A DNA stretch of 64,000 bases from Octopus vulgaris (Eukaryota). The stretch lies in the NCBI GenBank assembly GCA_951406725.2, contig OX597823.1, forward strand, positions 16,554,001 through 16,618,000, in the 5' to 3' direction. Shown here in pieces: positions 38,830-52,185 of the stretch. Each line of letters opens with the position of its first letter. The first letter of the stretch is position 1. Position numbers and translations under genes: made by a program. The notes beneath the pieces are model-generated. The model made no database searches. It worked only from the letters and a program-made list of their open reading frames with translations, and had not been told where the DNA came from.

Positions 38830-39220
38830 CAATAAGAAAATGGAGGGGATCAATAGGTGATTCATCAACTTTTAGACATATTATGTTAACTTATTTATTT
38901 ATTAAACTGATAATTACAATAATATAATACATATAACATATTATGCTTTACATATAAGATATAAAATATATTAATATATAAGGATCCCAGTAATTATTAT
39001 AAAATAACAAACATGAATATAAATTGAGAAAATAACTTACAGCTGTTTCAGCCTAGAGGTAAAAATACCTCTTTACCTTCACCCATTTAGTACACTAGGT
39101 AATGTAATTGCAATGCAATAAAAACATTTGTGTATTAATAATTGGGTATTCTACCAGCTGTATATTGGATAGATATGATCCCTTAGTGGGTTGGATTCAC
39201 AACGTCTAACTTTCTTGGAG
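38828..39220. mobile_element. Penelope pLTR-type fragment with orientation switch near 39050
   Basis: Shares AATAAGAAAATGGAGG, TTACAGCTGTTTCAG and TAATTGCA(A/T)TGCAAT blocks with 41352-41840. (TA)n on both sides. Confidence 0.6.
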
Positions 39221-39263
<43 letters not shown>

Positions 39264-39264
<1 letters not shown>

Positions 39265-39654
39265 TAACAGTATCGCCCGGCGTTGCTCGGGTTTGTTTCG
39301 ACCCGCTGGAATTGGAATTTTTGAAAAGTAAAAATTTTGCATTATGTAGCTTGTTATTCTCTTCAAGTGAACATTTTTCTGGTTGAAATACACCGAAAAG
39401 TGGCGACACAGCAGTGAAAAAATCGTAAAAAATAGGGATTTTCATAGAAAAAAGCACCTTTTTTATGTAAATAATTTTTTGTGTTAACATAGTCCGATTT
39501 GAATTTTATCTTCTACAGAAGGAAGAGCAATCCTTCTTCTATCATACTCTCAATTTTGGTCAACTTGCGCCGCAGGGTCTCGGAGGAGATAGTGTTAGTT
39601 GAAGGTTACCAAACCTGGCGCACACAGACAACTTCAGCTTTATATAGAGAGAGA
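39264..39654 (-). mobile_element. Non-autonomous Helitron with the same termini as the 9825 family but a different interior
   Basis: Minus strand A^TCTCTCTCTATATAAAGCTGAAGTTG ... CCCGAGCAACGCCGGGCGATACTGTTAG^T. Confidence 0.8.
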
Positions 39655-39816
39655 TAACACACACACATTAATACACATAAATACACACACACACATGTAT
39701 GTATGTATGGATGTATGTATGTATATACATCTGTCCACTTCTTGCCATATTTTTATCGTTCACTTCCTACACACACACACACATACACACTCACAGACAG
39801 ACATACACACACACGC

Positions 39817-39848
<32 letters not shown>

Positions 39849-40875
39849 CTTCTTAGCTTACAATTTCTTTGTTTCAACAATTGACAACTGAAGTACGCTT
39901 GCAAATTAATACTACGAAAACTTAGCGACAGAAAGTAAATTAAAAACCAATTTACCTTTTCTGTTGAGTTATCATGGCAATTCGAGCGTCTGATTTCCTT
40001 AAATCCGTGTCTTTTCTTCAACTGAACTTACTCCCTATCGTTTCTTAAAGTCCTTTGTGAAATCTAGGAGTTTTTTTTTTTGTTCTTTCTGGAGAAAGTT
40101 TTGTTTCTTCGACACTAAAAACTAACGGGAAGTAGACAACAGTCCCAGTACAATTGGTGTAATAATGTAACTCATAATGTGAGCGGCTAGCATCTACTCA
40201 CCATATGTCAGTGAATTGTTGCTGTGTCTGCAAATGTGTTCGAATGAGAAAGTGAATTGTGTTTGGCGCCTTTTTTACTAATAACAAACACACACGTGTC
40301 TGTGTGTGTGTTTGAGTGTTTGTATGTAGTTGTTTGAAACGTTTGTGTTTGTCACTGTCATATATGTATATGTTTACAAGGAGTAAAGCATTTGAAATGA
40401 GAGAGGGAAATCGTAAAATATTGAGTTTTCTCTAATTTTTGCTTAATTGGGGGTCAAATTGAAAGAAATTTATATGCCATAACTCATTGGAATGTACTTC
40501 GAAAAATCATAGGTAGATTCCAATTGAAGAAATTGTGTGAGGAGTAAATCGTTATGTATTTATTTGTTTCTGTTTCCTGTGTATTTTTTTTTTTTTTGAG
40601 TAGTGGTTGAAGGTACACTTGCAAAGAGAAAGTAGGAGAAAGTGTGGTAATAGAGGGAGTGAAGCAGTTGAAATTCGAGAGGCAAATCGTAAAATATTTA
40701 GTTTTCTCGAATTTTTGCTTAATTGGGGGTCAGATTGAAAAAATTTATATGCCATGACCCAATCGAATCTACTTCGAAAAATCATAGGTAAATTCCAATT
40801 GAAGAAATTCTATATTGTACAATTGTATTAAAAACAAACTATGTTGGAGGCAGAGAAAATCTGTCTTTTATCATA

Positions 40876-40939
<64 letters not shown>

Positions 40940-41311
40940 GTATGTATGTATGTATGTTCGTGCGTGCGCGCGTGTATAACGGACCTTCCCGTAGAAGACT
41001 ACGTTTGGGTGTTCAGTTCTTTAGAACGACCTGCACAACAAATGACCTATTTATAGTGGTCAAATGTTTGTACTGTACATTAGCTCACTCCCTCCATCAT
41101 CAGATCGACATTGTCTGAACAGGTGCACGGTGTACCACGCCTCAGGTGTCGAAGTGATCGTAGACCAACACCCTGACCACTAAGTCATGCGCCCCCAACA
41201 CACACATACACACACATAAGTACATACACGTATACATATATGTGTACATGTATACATAGACACATGAGTTTATGTATGTATGCATATACATACATACATG
41301 TATATACATAC

Positions 41312-41351
<40 letters not shown>

Positions 41352-41357
<6 letters not shown>

Positions 41358-41840
41358 CAAATAAGAAAATGGAGGAACAGATTCCTTTCAATCATCGACT
41401 TACAGATAATACCAATTCATATTATTTATTAACTATAGGCACAATGAGATACCTTTATCTACAGACTGAAACAGCTGTAAGATCTATTTTATATGTATTA
41501 TTTTTATGGTATTATTTTACTTATTGATGTATATTGTTTTATTCTGTTTTTTTTCTGTTGGATTTGGATGTTCCTATTTAAGTAGTTAATAAATAATATG
41601 AATTGGTATTATCTGTAAGTCGATGATTGAAAGGAATCTGTTCCTCCATTTTCTTATTTGTATTATGATTTTGAGGTAAAATATTTTACCTTCGCCCATC
41701 TAATACAATAAAGGAATTAATTGCATTGCAATTATAAGCATTTATGTATTTACCTTTTGGGTACTTCACCAGCAGTATAATGGATAACTGATATCCCATA
41801 TTGAGTTACACTCACAACCCCTATCTCACTTTGTACTTTA
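41352..41840. mobile_element. Penelope pLTR-type fragment with 84-bp inverted repeat
   Basis: 41352-41435 is the reverse complement of 41583-41666. The spacer holds a hammerhead 3' half, GAAACAGCTGTA. Confidence 0.75.
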
Positions 41841-41844
41841 TATA

Positions 41845-41929
<85 letters not shown>

Positions 41930-42643
41930 CTCTGTATGTTTGTATGTATATGATTTTTACAAGAAAATGTTTGCCATTTACTTCAAAGTTTCGGCAAGGT
42001 AACTCTTGTTCGAATTGGTGACTTATGTTTCCTAAATTTTGAAGTTATTTGAGGTTCACCCTGTTGATGGAGTAATGTAGTTACAAAGTAGATATGGTAT
42101 AATAGTGTATTTTTGTACTACATAAAGGAATAGCTTTATGGATATAGGGTTGTTGTCAAAAGAATTTTTAGGTTAAAAAAAAAAGTAACAGAATAAGGAG
42201 GAAAGGAAAGGTAGTTTCTAGTTTGACAGCTAAAGTTATGTAGAAACTATTTGGGTAGCTAAAGAATTTATTGATTGTTTATATGATATTATTAGGGTTC
42301 ATTTGAGTATGTGTGTAAATTGTAGATGCTAAAAGTTATATATATATATACATAGAAGTACAGATCACAGATAGGTCACACACTAGTCACATTCAGTTTT
42401 TTGTGCTGGAAGCTTTGTTGAGTCTCAACAGATGGCTCCTGCTGCGTTGGTTATATTTAATAGGGGAGGTTAGTGACTGTTTTTGGTTACTGCTAGTGTA
42501 TATTCAAGCATATATGTAGATATGGGTCCGACAGGTAAGATTTATATAAGAACACAGGCTGCGCACTGGTAAAAATTCAATAGCTTATATTGAAGGGTTT
42601 CTCTTTAAGTATGTCTTCAATTGGGTAAGAATAGCATTTGATG

Positions 42644-42874
42644 AACGCGGCGAGCTGGCAGAAACGTTAGCACGCCGGGCGAAATGCTTTGCGGTATTTC
42701 GTCTACCGCTGCGTTCTGAGTTCAAATTCCGCCGAGGTCGACTTTGCCTTTTATCCTTTCGGGGTCGATTAAATAAGTACCAGTTACGCACTGGGGTCGA
42801 TGTAATCGACTTAATCCCTTTGTCTGTCCTTGTTTGTCTCCTCTATGTTTAGCCCCTTGTGGGTAATAAAGAAA
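42644..42874 (+). mobile_element. Type A SINE with 18-bp TSD
   Basis: TSD TAAGAATAGCATTTGATG at 42626-42643 and 42875-42892. Confidence 0.92.
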
Positions 42875-43238
42875 TAAGAATAGCATTTGATGTTAATATA
42901 TATTTTGAAGTGAATGTAAAGATTTTCATCAGCAACTGATGTTTGTAGTATCCATTTGTGTGGCAACGTATTTTATACACATCTAGGCATATTAACATCT
43001 ATACGCCTCATCGCCTATTCTATAGATTCTATAGTATCTACAGCTTTTCATGTACATACAGAAATACATTTGAGTTTCAAAGTACATGCTCTCATATCGA
43101 GGTATATTTATGAGTACGTGTACACACACGCACATATATATGCATATACTGTTATATATTCGTATACCTATCTCCATATAAATCTACGCGTGAAATACTT
43201 GTGCTTGTAGAGTTGTTAATATATAAAGAAGGAATGTA

Positions 43239-44448
43239 TTAGGTTGCTTCACACGAAATGTCGCATTTTTAATTACTTGTTATTTCGGTCATTTAAAAAC
43301 TCATTTATGTATACCTTGCATTTAATCTTGACTCTTTTTCTTTCCCAACAATATTGGTATACAAATTTTTGCACCTACAGACCTTATGAAAATGATAACA
43401 ACCAAACTATGTTGAGTGGTTTTCTCGTATGAGAACAAACTGGGTCATTCTGCCGCGGAAGCTCTACGGAATATCAAGCGGGCCTTTGGTAATGGTTTTG
43501 TTGACATCAGAACTGTTCAGAGGTGGTTCCAAAGCTCTCGTTCAGGAGATGATAGCCTTGAAAATAATCCAAGGGGTAGGCCAAAATCAGTGATGGATTA
43601 AATACTTTCGTTGAACAAAATCCGAGAACAAATGTTTAAAAACTTTCATCAGAACTCCAAACATCTCGGACAACTGTTTTTTGACACCGGTAAAAAAATT
43701 GGAAAAGTCAAGAAAACGGATAGGTTTGTTCCGAATCAACTGAACGAGATTTATTGCTTTCTCGACTGGACAAAGGCCATTTTAGCACCAAATCATTATT
43801 TGTGATGAGAAATGGATGCTCTTTGACAACAGCAGGAGAACAGGACAATGATTAGATGCAGGAGAGTCACCTCAACACTACCCAAACCCACCATTGCACC
43901 CTAAAAAGTTAGTGGTTACTGTATGGTGATCTGCGAAAGGAGTTTTTCATTATTCATTTTTGTAGCAAGGGAAAACGGTAACAGCAACTTTCTATTGCCA
44001 GGAAATTGATTATATGCATGAGAAATTGAAAAGGAAGTAACCCAGACTAGTAAATAGAGATGGCCCAATTCTGCTCCACGACAATGCACGTCATCACACT
44101 CCTCAAGCTACGGTCCAAAAGTTGCAAAACCTGAATTATGAGATTTTGCAACATCCTCCATGTTCCCTTGATGTCTCTCCAACTGATCATCACTTATTTA
44201 AGCATTGTTAGCTTTTCATAAGCAATAAAACATATTTAAATAGAGAAGACGTAATTGAAACATTCGGACAGTTTATCACAGCAAAAGATAAATTAAAAAA
44301 AAAAAGATGGAATATATGACATAGAGAAACATTGGGTAAATGTCATAAATGAACATGGATCATACTTTGATTAAATAAATCAATTCTCTAACACTTCTGA
44401 AGCATTTTATTGTTACCTTTCAAATACATTTCATGTGAAACAACCTAA
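43239..44448 (+). mobile_element. Full-length mariner (DD34D) transposon, transposase pseudogenised
   Basis: TIRs TTAGGTTGCTTCACACGAAATGT and ACATTTCATGTGAAACAACCTAA with TA on each side. Motifs RTVQRWF, RGRP, FVPNQL, CDEKW, LLHDNAR, HPPCSLDVSPTDHHLF. Confidence 0.92.
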
Positions 44449-44633
44449 TACATAGGTTTCGATAAGCAGCTATATACGTGTCATTTGGGTGTTGATACCG
44501 TTCTGTTCAGTGCAGATGACTGGGATCTAGTGTTTTTCATTCGCAAAATGAGCTCCCCTTTAATTTTGCTCAGATTGCTTTCAATTTTAGTGTATCAATG
44601 CAACTCTGTATTTTGATAAGGATCAATCAATTA

Positions 44634-44944
44634 GGATCTTTTCTGTTTGATAGACGGAATTTTCTAGTTAACTAAAAAATTTGAAACTTCGTATACTGGT
44701 AGAATGTGTCAAAAGAAAACATTATTGTAAACAAAGTTGAAAACAAAATTGTAATTCGTAACTTAAACGTAGTTTAATTTTACGAATTTAAACCAATGAA
44801 ATCCCAACATCTTCGAATTTTAACCAATGAAATCCCAGCATTGCTGCGTTATCGATTGTTTTCTTTTGACACATTCTACCAGTATACGAAGTTTCAAATT
44901 GTTTAGTTAACTAGAAAATTCCGTCTATCAAACAGAAAAGATCC
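44634..44944. mobile_element. MITE with ~88-bp near-perfect TIRs
   Basis: GGATCTTTTCTGTTTGATAGACGG..GTGTCAAAAGAAAACA and its reverse complement at 44857-44944. Internal repeat CGAATTTAAACCAATGAAATCCCA occurs twice. Confidence 0.85.
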
Positions 44945-45710
44945 ACTTTATCTTGTAAATTAAAGAATCTGATGTTATTTGGAATTAAAGTTGGGAAATT
45001 TGGGTAATTTTAGCCAATCAACAGACAGCGAGGCAGTAACAGCTTGTTACCATAACAACCGCACGTTGTGTTGTGTTTCACCCGCATGTGTTTATTCTTC
45101 ACACCACGAAATTTATTTCACCCGCGTGTTTTGTTTTAATTAAAATTTATATTCATCAATTAGAATTTTATTATAGATATTTTTCGTCAATTGTCTTAAT
45201 ATTTTACATATTTTTCATATAAAGCAAAAGTCGTTTGCGATGTTTATACAGTTTCTGGGCATTATAAAGGCGAATGGAATATGTGAACTTAGTACAGATA
45301 ATTTGACATTATTTTTGAATTCTGCATACAAAAACATATAAGGAACGGGTTTTCTTTTTCATGGGACAAATTCTTTGTTGACCAGTGTTATTCTTATCGT
45401 AGTTTACAAATCCAAACACGAAAACGTTACTCAAATTTGAAGTTTTGGAGACAGACGCTCCCTTCACACACACGTTTCTTTATAAAAGGTATTTCTTTAT
45501 ATAAAGGTATTTATATAAAATATCATTTAAAAAAAAAACATTTTCCTAAAAGTTACGAGGGAAAAACATCGGATCATGTAAATTTTCGGAAGGCCTCTGC
45601 CCACCCCCGTTGATTTCCGGGCATTTTTGTTTTCATATTCGTTTCCAACACCTTTTTTACACCCGTTGCGCTATTTTTTTCGATTTTGTTTCCGGATAAT
45701 AATGTCAACA

Positions 45711-46228
45711 TTAACCGGTATTTCTGTTTATTTGGGAAACCTCCAATGAAGAGGTCATTTCACAGAAACTAAAGCATAAATTTCACAGGGTATACCCTTA
45801 AAGTTGACACCACACCACTAAACGCAAAAAATTTCTGTCTCGCTATTAGCTAAAAATACACAATTTTTCGATTTTTAAGCCTCTCCAATTTTTTTCTCCA
45901 CAACAGTAAACCTTCATAGCAATTAGACTGGAAAACTTTAATTATTATAGCCTATTTTCAGATTTTTTTTACTGTTGTAAGGAAATGTGAATATCTTCTC
46001 TTGTACTTTCGGGGTACAAGAAGCAATCACTTTCCGTTGCTTTAATATCCAGCTTCTACCAGTCAAAGAAACACAAAACGCAGACGTAAAAAATAGATAT
46101 ACTTTATTGTTTTATACCGGTGAGAAATCAGTGGTATATCTGATATCCTTGGTTCTGGGCGCGCAAGGCTGAAAGTTAATCGCTTGCAAGATTTACAATG
46201 TTCAGCCGCTAAAAACAGAACGGGTTAA
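45711..46228. mobile_element. Possible piggyBac-type (TTAA-flanked) non-autonomous remnant
   Basis: TTAACCGGTATTTCTGTTT ... AAACAGAACGGGTTAA imperfect termini. Confidence 0.35.
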
Positions 46229-46419
46229 AGATGGCCGCGGAATAATGAAGACGATGTTGTCTGCAACAATTTGGTTAAAATCTTCAGCCGACTGCTATCA
46301 AATTCGGACAGAGGGAAATATACGTCTGCTGGTATCAAAGGCCTTCTGCTGTCTCTGCTGTCTCTGCTGGACGCTGATGGTCAAGGTTTTTTGCGTTCCC
46401 TTGCCTCTTTTCTAAGGGT

Positions 46420-46945
46420 CGCTTTTCCTAGCCAATCAGCTAATTCCACGAATAGCAATATTCCCTCTTGGTGATGAAAACACGCGCGAATCAGAAAAAG
46501 GGCGTTGCGCGCGCGCGCTGTTGTATAGCGTCACTACACTGTCTTTTAAAAAATGGATATTTTGTGAATGAAAAAAACTAGATCCCATTTAACAAAAGAT
46601 TGTTCTTGAAGACAGATTGCGTTGGTCTTTTACAGATAACATACTGGAAGAGAGATACTGCTTGGAGTTTATGACAAATTATTGATACAGAAACACCCAG
46701 CTTGCCTAACACAACTGGTAACAATTGGACTATATTTGTGAAGACGGAGGTTTCTGTCGTCTGTCTCAGCCGTCTGCATGAGCCATCGTGTGTGGCAAGA
46801 ATGGAGATACATGTCAATCGGCTATATCAACATTCTGCCATTAATTACTACCAAAAGCCTTTTATAGGGCATAAGAAGATTAAAGAAGACTAATCACGTG
46901 ATAGCTTGACGCTGATTGGCTGTTTAACAGACCGATCACGTGAAG
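46420..46945. promoter_or_regulatory. Candidate promoter or enhancer: CpG-rich, two TCACGTGA E-boxes and two CCAAT boxes
   Basis: AGCCAATCAG ~46430, (GC)n run ~46507, ATCACGTGAT ~46894, CTGATTGGCT ~46912, TCACGTGA ~46937, in apparently unique sequence. Confidence 0.4.
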
Positions 46946-47393
46946 CTGTTGTGGTTCGATTGTGGTGATTGATCGATTACCAAGCGGTTTGATTTCAAAT
47001 CACCGCTACATATGCATAACGCACCCATATATACATATACACATATGTAAACATATATACTAGCACATAAACACACATACATAAAATATATATACATATC
47101 ACACATATATATACACATTTGCAGATATATATTTATATATGCATATACAGACCAATTCATTCACACTCATATCTATCGATTGATATGTATGTATGTGCGT
47201 ATAATGTATGTATATATGTATGTATATCTCTATAAATAGATGTATATGCATGTAAACTTTCACTTAATCACGATAGCTTTGGCCTGACGATTAGCCTGTG
47301 GTATATCCCTCGCTTGGATATTTACCACTTCCGAGGTTCCGCTCGCTATGAAACATAAGCGGCCCGGATCTCATCTACTCAATTCTTTAACTC

Positions 47394-47463
<70 letters not shown>

Positions 47464-48008
47464 ATACAGATAGAATAGAGGTAGAATCAACATACAAGAA
47501 AATTGCAACAAATCTGTATGAAAAAAAAATTTCATTGAAGTCTTACACCACTAATTTACCATATCATTTGTTACCATCTGTGACTGTCTTTCCGTGAACG
47601 TATACTTAATTTCTGTACGGAAAGCAGTTAGTAATTGATTAAAGCAATGCACTTTGGTGGCAGACGTGACATGCAGACCTTCATATAACTTGTTAAACAT
47701 ATACCTTATATGATGTCTCAATGGTGCACCTTTCCAGCTCCTTTTTTATGGTCTTTAGCAATACATTGGTGCCGGTTGGTGTACGTACATAAAGCAGAAT
47801 TGAATTTTCTAATAATTTTATTTAAGTTATTTAATAAACTGTTTAATCTTTGCTGTTCAAGTTCGAGTTTACTGTTTCAAGAAAACCAGATTTGATGAGA
47901 GCATCATTAAAGCGACATAAGTTGGCAGTGAGAATGGTGACAAATCCAACACCTGCTGATGGGTTGACAGCTCCGGTAACAATAATAAGTAGTCCAGTTG
48001 AAATGTAA

Positions 48009-48349
48009 GGGGTAAAGACCCCCTTCGGTCATGAATGACCATGGGATTGCACCTAGAAAGTTACCCTCCTAGACACAAGTCCGGGCAAGGTTGTTTATGG
48101 AAGACCAGCAGTCGCCCATGCATACCAGCCTCCCCTCTCCACGCCACCAGTGTTATCCAAGGGAAAGACAAAGGTCGATACAGCTTGGCACCTTTGACGT
48201 CGCAACTCATTTCTACAGCTGAGTGAACTGGAGCAACGTGAAATAAAGTGTCTTGCTCAAGAACACAACACGCAGCCCGGTCCGGGATTCGAGCTCACAA
48301 CCTCACGATCGTAAGCTCGACGCTCTAACCACTGAGCCATGCGCCTTCA
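48009..48349 (-). mobile_element. Full-length type D SINE with 14-bp TSD
   Basis: TSD CAGTTGAAATGTAA at 47995-48008 and 48350-48363. Confidence 0.92.
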
Positions 48350-49499
48350 CAGTTGAAATGTAATGGGTTTAACTTCTTAGAATATCAACCCGTCTACGGA
48401 TGATGTCAGCTAGCAAATGGCACCGAAGATCCTCAGCCAAGCACCAGTCCACAATGAATTTTTATGTAAGCTTTGCAACTGTTTCTTGCACTACACAATT
48501 CACAATGTTCTTTATAATCTCATTTCTTTTTATCTTTAGCGCGGTTCTTTCTTTTTCCTCTTTCCTTCTTTCCTTCTTTTTTTCACATCAATTCTTTTTT
48601 TAGTTCAGCACATCAAAATACAACAACCAAAAGACACAAACAAAACTTTACCGAACGTTCTTTCCCGTCTGCAACAATTGCATTCTTTGGGACTTTTCTA
48701 TAAGCAAATAACACTTGGAGTATAATAAAGAATGCTGTGTGTGACTTTTACCTGAGAATGTACCTTAAGAATGTGAAAATGTAAAACAAAGCTATGAAGG
48801 AACCATTTGTGGTCGTAAGTCGACGACGACCTGTATACGATTCTAAAATTACCTCTTTCCTTCTTTTTCTCTCTACCTCTTCAACAAACTTTTTAACTAT
48901 GTAATTCCCCTCTTCATGTCTAACATTTCTCTCTTTCTCTTCACCTCTCACTTCCACTAACCGCATGAATGACAGCGTAATGCAATGCCCCTCTCCCCTC
49001 TCTTTCTCTCTCTCTCTCTCTCTCTCCAGCTCCTTCTCCTCTCTAACAAACTAAAGCATAAAATGTAAACAAACTGCCCGAAGAATAATATAGACTTAGT
49101 TCAACGAAAATGAAATACTTTTCCCTACAACACACCACCACGGCCACCATCACCACCATCACCATCATCATCATCACTGTAGTTTTCCTTAACCAAGCTC
49201 ATTGCACTTCGTTTTCTTGTCGATGTGTATTTGGTCTATTTGCATTCTTTGGTACTTTACTAGGAACAAATAACTAACCTCACCACTAGAACATCGCCCT
49301 CTGCTAAATATTAAACTTATCTCTTTCACTTTACCTTTCCCTCCCCATCCTACAGCAAGTCATTAACACTTCTGTCTCCCTCTTTCCTCTCTTCCACTTT
49401 TCTCTCACCGTCGTTTTCTCTCGCCCTTCGCCTCCCCCTTCAACTAACCACTTGACGCATTTGGCCCTCTTATACATCTTAACTTCTTCCTTTCTTCCC

Positions 49500-49574
<75 letters not shown>

Positions 49575-49575
<1 letters not shown>

Positions 49576-50503
49576 AGTTAAACGCAGGTATTATTCAAAT
49601 TCTTTTACTTCCGACACATGTTTCGAAGATATCACTGGTATTATTTCAAAGGAATAAAATGGTGTAAAACAATGTAATCTTCTCTTCAGAGAAATGAAGA
49701 AATGAAACTCGTCAATAAGACATTTTAACCGAAAATGATGGATATGTATAGTGATTAACTGAACGCTTTTAAGTTTGTTTTAAATAAAACCATATAGACT
49801 TCGAAAAAGATATATCTAGTGAATGTGAAATGTAAGAAGAAAATTAATGTTTAAATTATATATAATGATAGATATCACATATATGAACTAAGGGTGTCTT
49901 TCTGCCAATGTTTACATCGGTATGCACGCTCTATAACCGTGTTTACAAGGGGATTTTTAGAAAAAAGAATTTAAAAATAGCTCAGAATTACAAAGACAGA
50001 ATTCCTTGCCTTTATCATAAGGTATCGAGATTGAGAGAATCAACCAATTTAAATAAATTGTTTATTGTAGTCTTCTAGATACCAAATTTAATTTACTAAG
50101 CCCTGTACGTTTACGTTTATTCCTATCCCTAAATGTAGAGTAATGATTAGAAATTCTTTTAGATAACTGAGAAGATGAGCTGCCTATATAAAAAATACTT
50201 AATTACCAGAAATAATTTTAGACTGGTATATAGAATTTTTAATTTTAGAGTTACTTGACATAAACTTCATTCTGTTGTAATTGACTTCAGATACAATGAC
50301 TTTGTTATTAATATTTCTAGGGGGTGGATGGTATTAGCTAAATTAATGTTAGTCTTAGTAAATGTATCAATATTTAACAGGTTAATATTATGTGAAGAGA
50401 TAATTTGTAAGATATTTTTTGTGTTGGAAAAACCAATCCTAACTGTGTGTGAGTTGATAGTTGAGTAATACCTAGAATTCTTTGGAAAATCCCTAATAAC
50501 AGC
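49575..50503 (-). mobile_element. Penelope-like element 3' remnant (post-RT region, GIY-YIG, pLTR with hammerhead)
   Basis: AVIRDFPKNSRYYSTINSHTVRIGFSNTKNILQIISSHNINLL, FYIGSSSSQLSKRISNHYSTFR..TGLSKL, PYDKGKEFCLCNSE. Confidence 0.85.
49607..49695 (-). ncRNA. Minimal type I hammerhead motif with long stem II
   Basis: Minus strand AUUUCU-CUGAAGA-GAAGAU..AUCUUC-GAAA-CAUGUG-UC-GGAAGU. Confidence 0.75.
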
Positions 50504-52185
50504 TTCACGAAACTGCATGGTGGCAACTGAAAACGTTGTGTTACCAACGGAAAAGCTCCCCGAGCTTTTTGAAAGAATTACAGAGGAGAGTGGAAATATA
50601 AAGATATCACCCTCTTTCAGCGTCGAAAAATTGAAAAGGACAGTCGTTTTCAAAATGTACTGTCCATCAACAAGGAAATTTAAACACTTTGAACAGTGTA
50701 AAATTGAAAAATGCCTGGCCCCCATATGGAAAGACGTAAAGTACATAGCGAGGGGCCGGACATATGGTACAATAGAGGCCAGATTTGGAACCGAGGAAAA
50801 AGCCCAAGAGTACTCAGCGAGTCCCCTGAAAACGAAGGAGGTGGTGCTTCTGCCAAACTACATGGGGGGGGGACGAACTGCTCGAGTAAAGGTGATAGGG
50901 GTACCACCTGAAATTTATGCAAGGGAGGTGATGGCCGCCCTGTTCCAAAGTGGCACCAGAACATGTAACTCCTCCGGATGACACCATGGAGGTGGTCGAG
51001 GGGGAGTTCTCGGTAGTTCGGAAACGAACACAAGCACCTTCCCCATCCATATCTCCCACAAAAGAAAAAGAAAATGAAAGTATCACACCAGAAATAAAAA
51101 AAACCACCCCGCCCCATTGTCCCAGAAGGAAAAAAGGGGGAAAAAACGATAATGAAACGAAAACCCTGGTAAAATATGTTACCAGAGACAAGTACATTGA
51201 GAAGATTGTAGAGGGACACCACACCACCAAGCTGTTTCAACAGCACAAGGACTTCAGCGAGAGGTGTGCCTGGATAGGGGAAACCCTTCACAGACAACTG
51301 AAGTACACCCAAAGACCATCAGGAGTATCCCGGACCTTCCAGGTTATTTGAAGAAGGAGGAAGAAAGGACTGCCTCACGTGTTGTGAGGTCAGCCCCAAC
51401 ATCACCAGTTAAGGATAAGTAGAACCCTTGCTCTTTTTCCTTGTTTTTAATGACTAAACTTAACCATGGGTGTTTGAATGTGCGTGGTCCGAGCTCGAAG
51501 TGGAAGCAAGCTTGTTTCCTCGACGACCTCAAATCACACGATATGCATGTGGTGGTTGCTACAGAGACCAAGTTGGACAGTCTACAAACCTTCTCGCCCC
51601 TCCTGAATGGCAATGAGAAAATCATGTCTCCTAGATAGACCGGAGGACGAGGGGTGTAGTAGTACTGGTCCGAAAAGCCTTGGCTCTGCGGACAAGTACA
51701 GTCTATGTAAACCCAGAAGGTCGTCCTTGATGTGACATACAGCAGTAAGGCCTTCAGATTGATCAGGATTTCAAACTGATTTTTATTGGCGCCCAGAGAA
51801 CTGTCTCGTGACGTCGAAGACATTAGTGGTGTTAGGAGACTATAACGCTATCGTTGACGCACGCATCGATAGCGTTGGCTCGATCGGTAGGAAAGTGAAC
51901 AGAAGTCTCGCAGATCTGCTTAAGCGCTTTCAGCTAGCGGATCGCTACAGGCTTGACCATCCGAGCGTCCCGAAGTGGACTTGGATTAGTGACGACGGAA
52001 GGTTCAAGTCTTATTTAGATAGGATAGTGATAAGAACTAGAGATAAGTCTAGTTTTAGCTGTCCACAGCCTGTCCAAGTAGCTTACGCTGACCAGTGAAT
52101 GGTTAAGTGTAGACTGGACATAGATAGTACAGTTAAGAGAGGATCCGGCTCCTGGAATCTGAACAAGTCTATTTTCTTTTGGACT
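50504..52185 (+). mobile_element. L1/Tx1-type LINE 5' half: ORF1 (50517-51351, frameshifted) and APE endonuclease of ORF2; RT absent
   Basis: CLNVRG, VVATETKL, VVLGDYNA, LADRYR..P..WTW, SYLDRI, GSWNLNKS. The upstream ORF has RVKVIGVPPE, typical of ORF1. Confidence 0.85.

Noticed and set aside
43416-44370. SETMAR-like host gene
   Set aside because: Only a broken mariner transposase between TIRs, with no SET domain.
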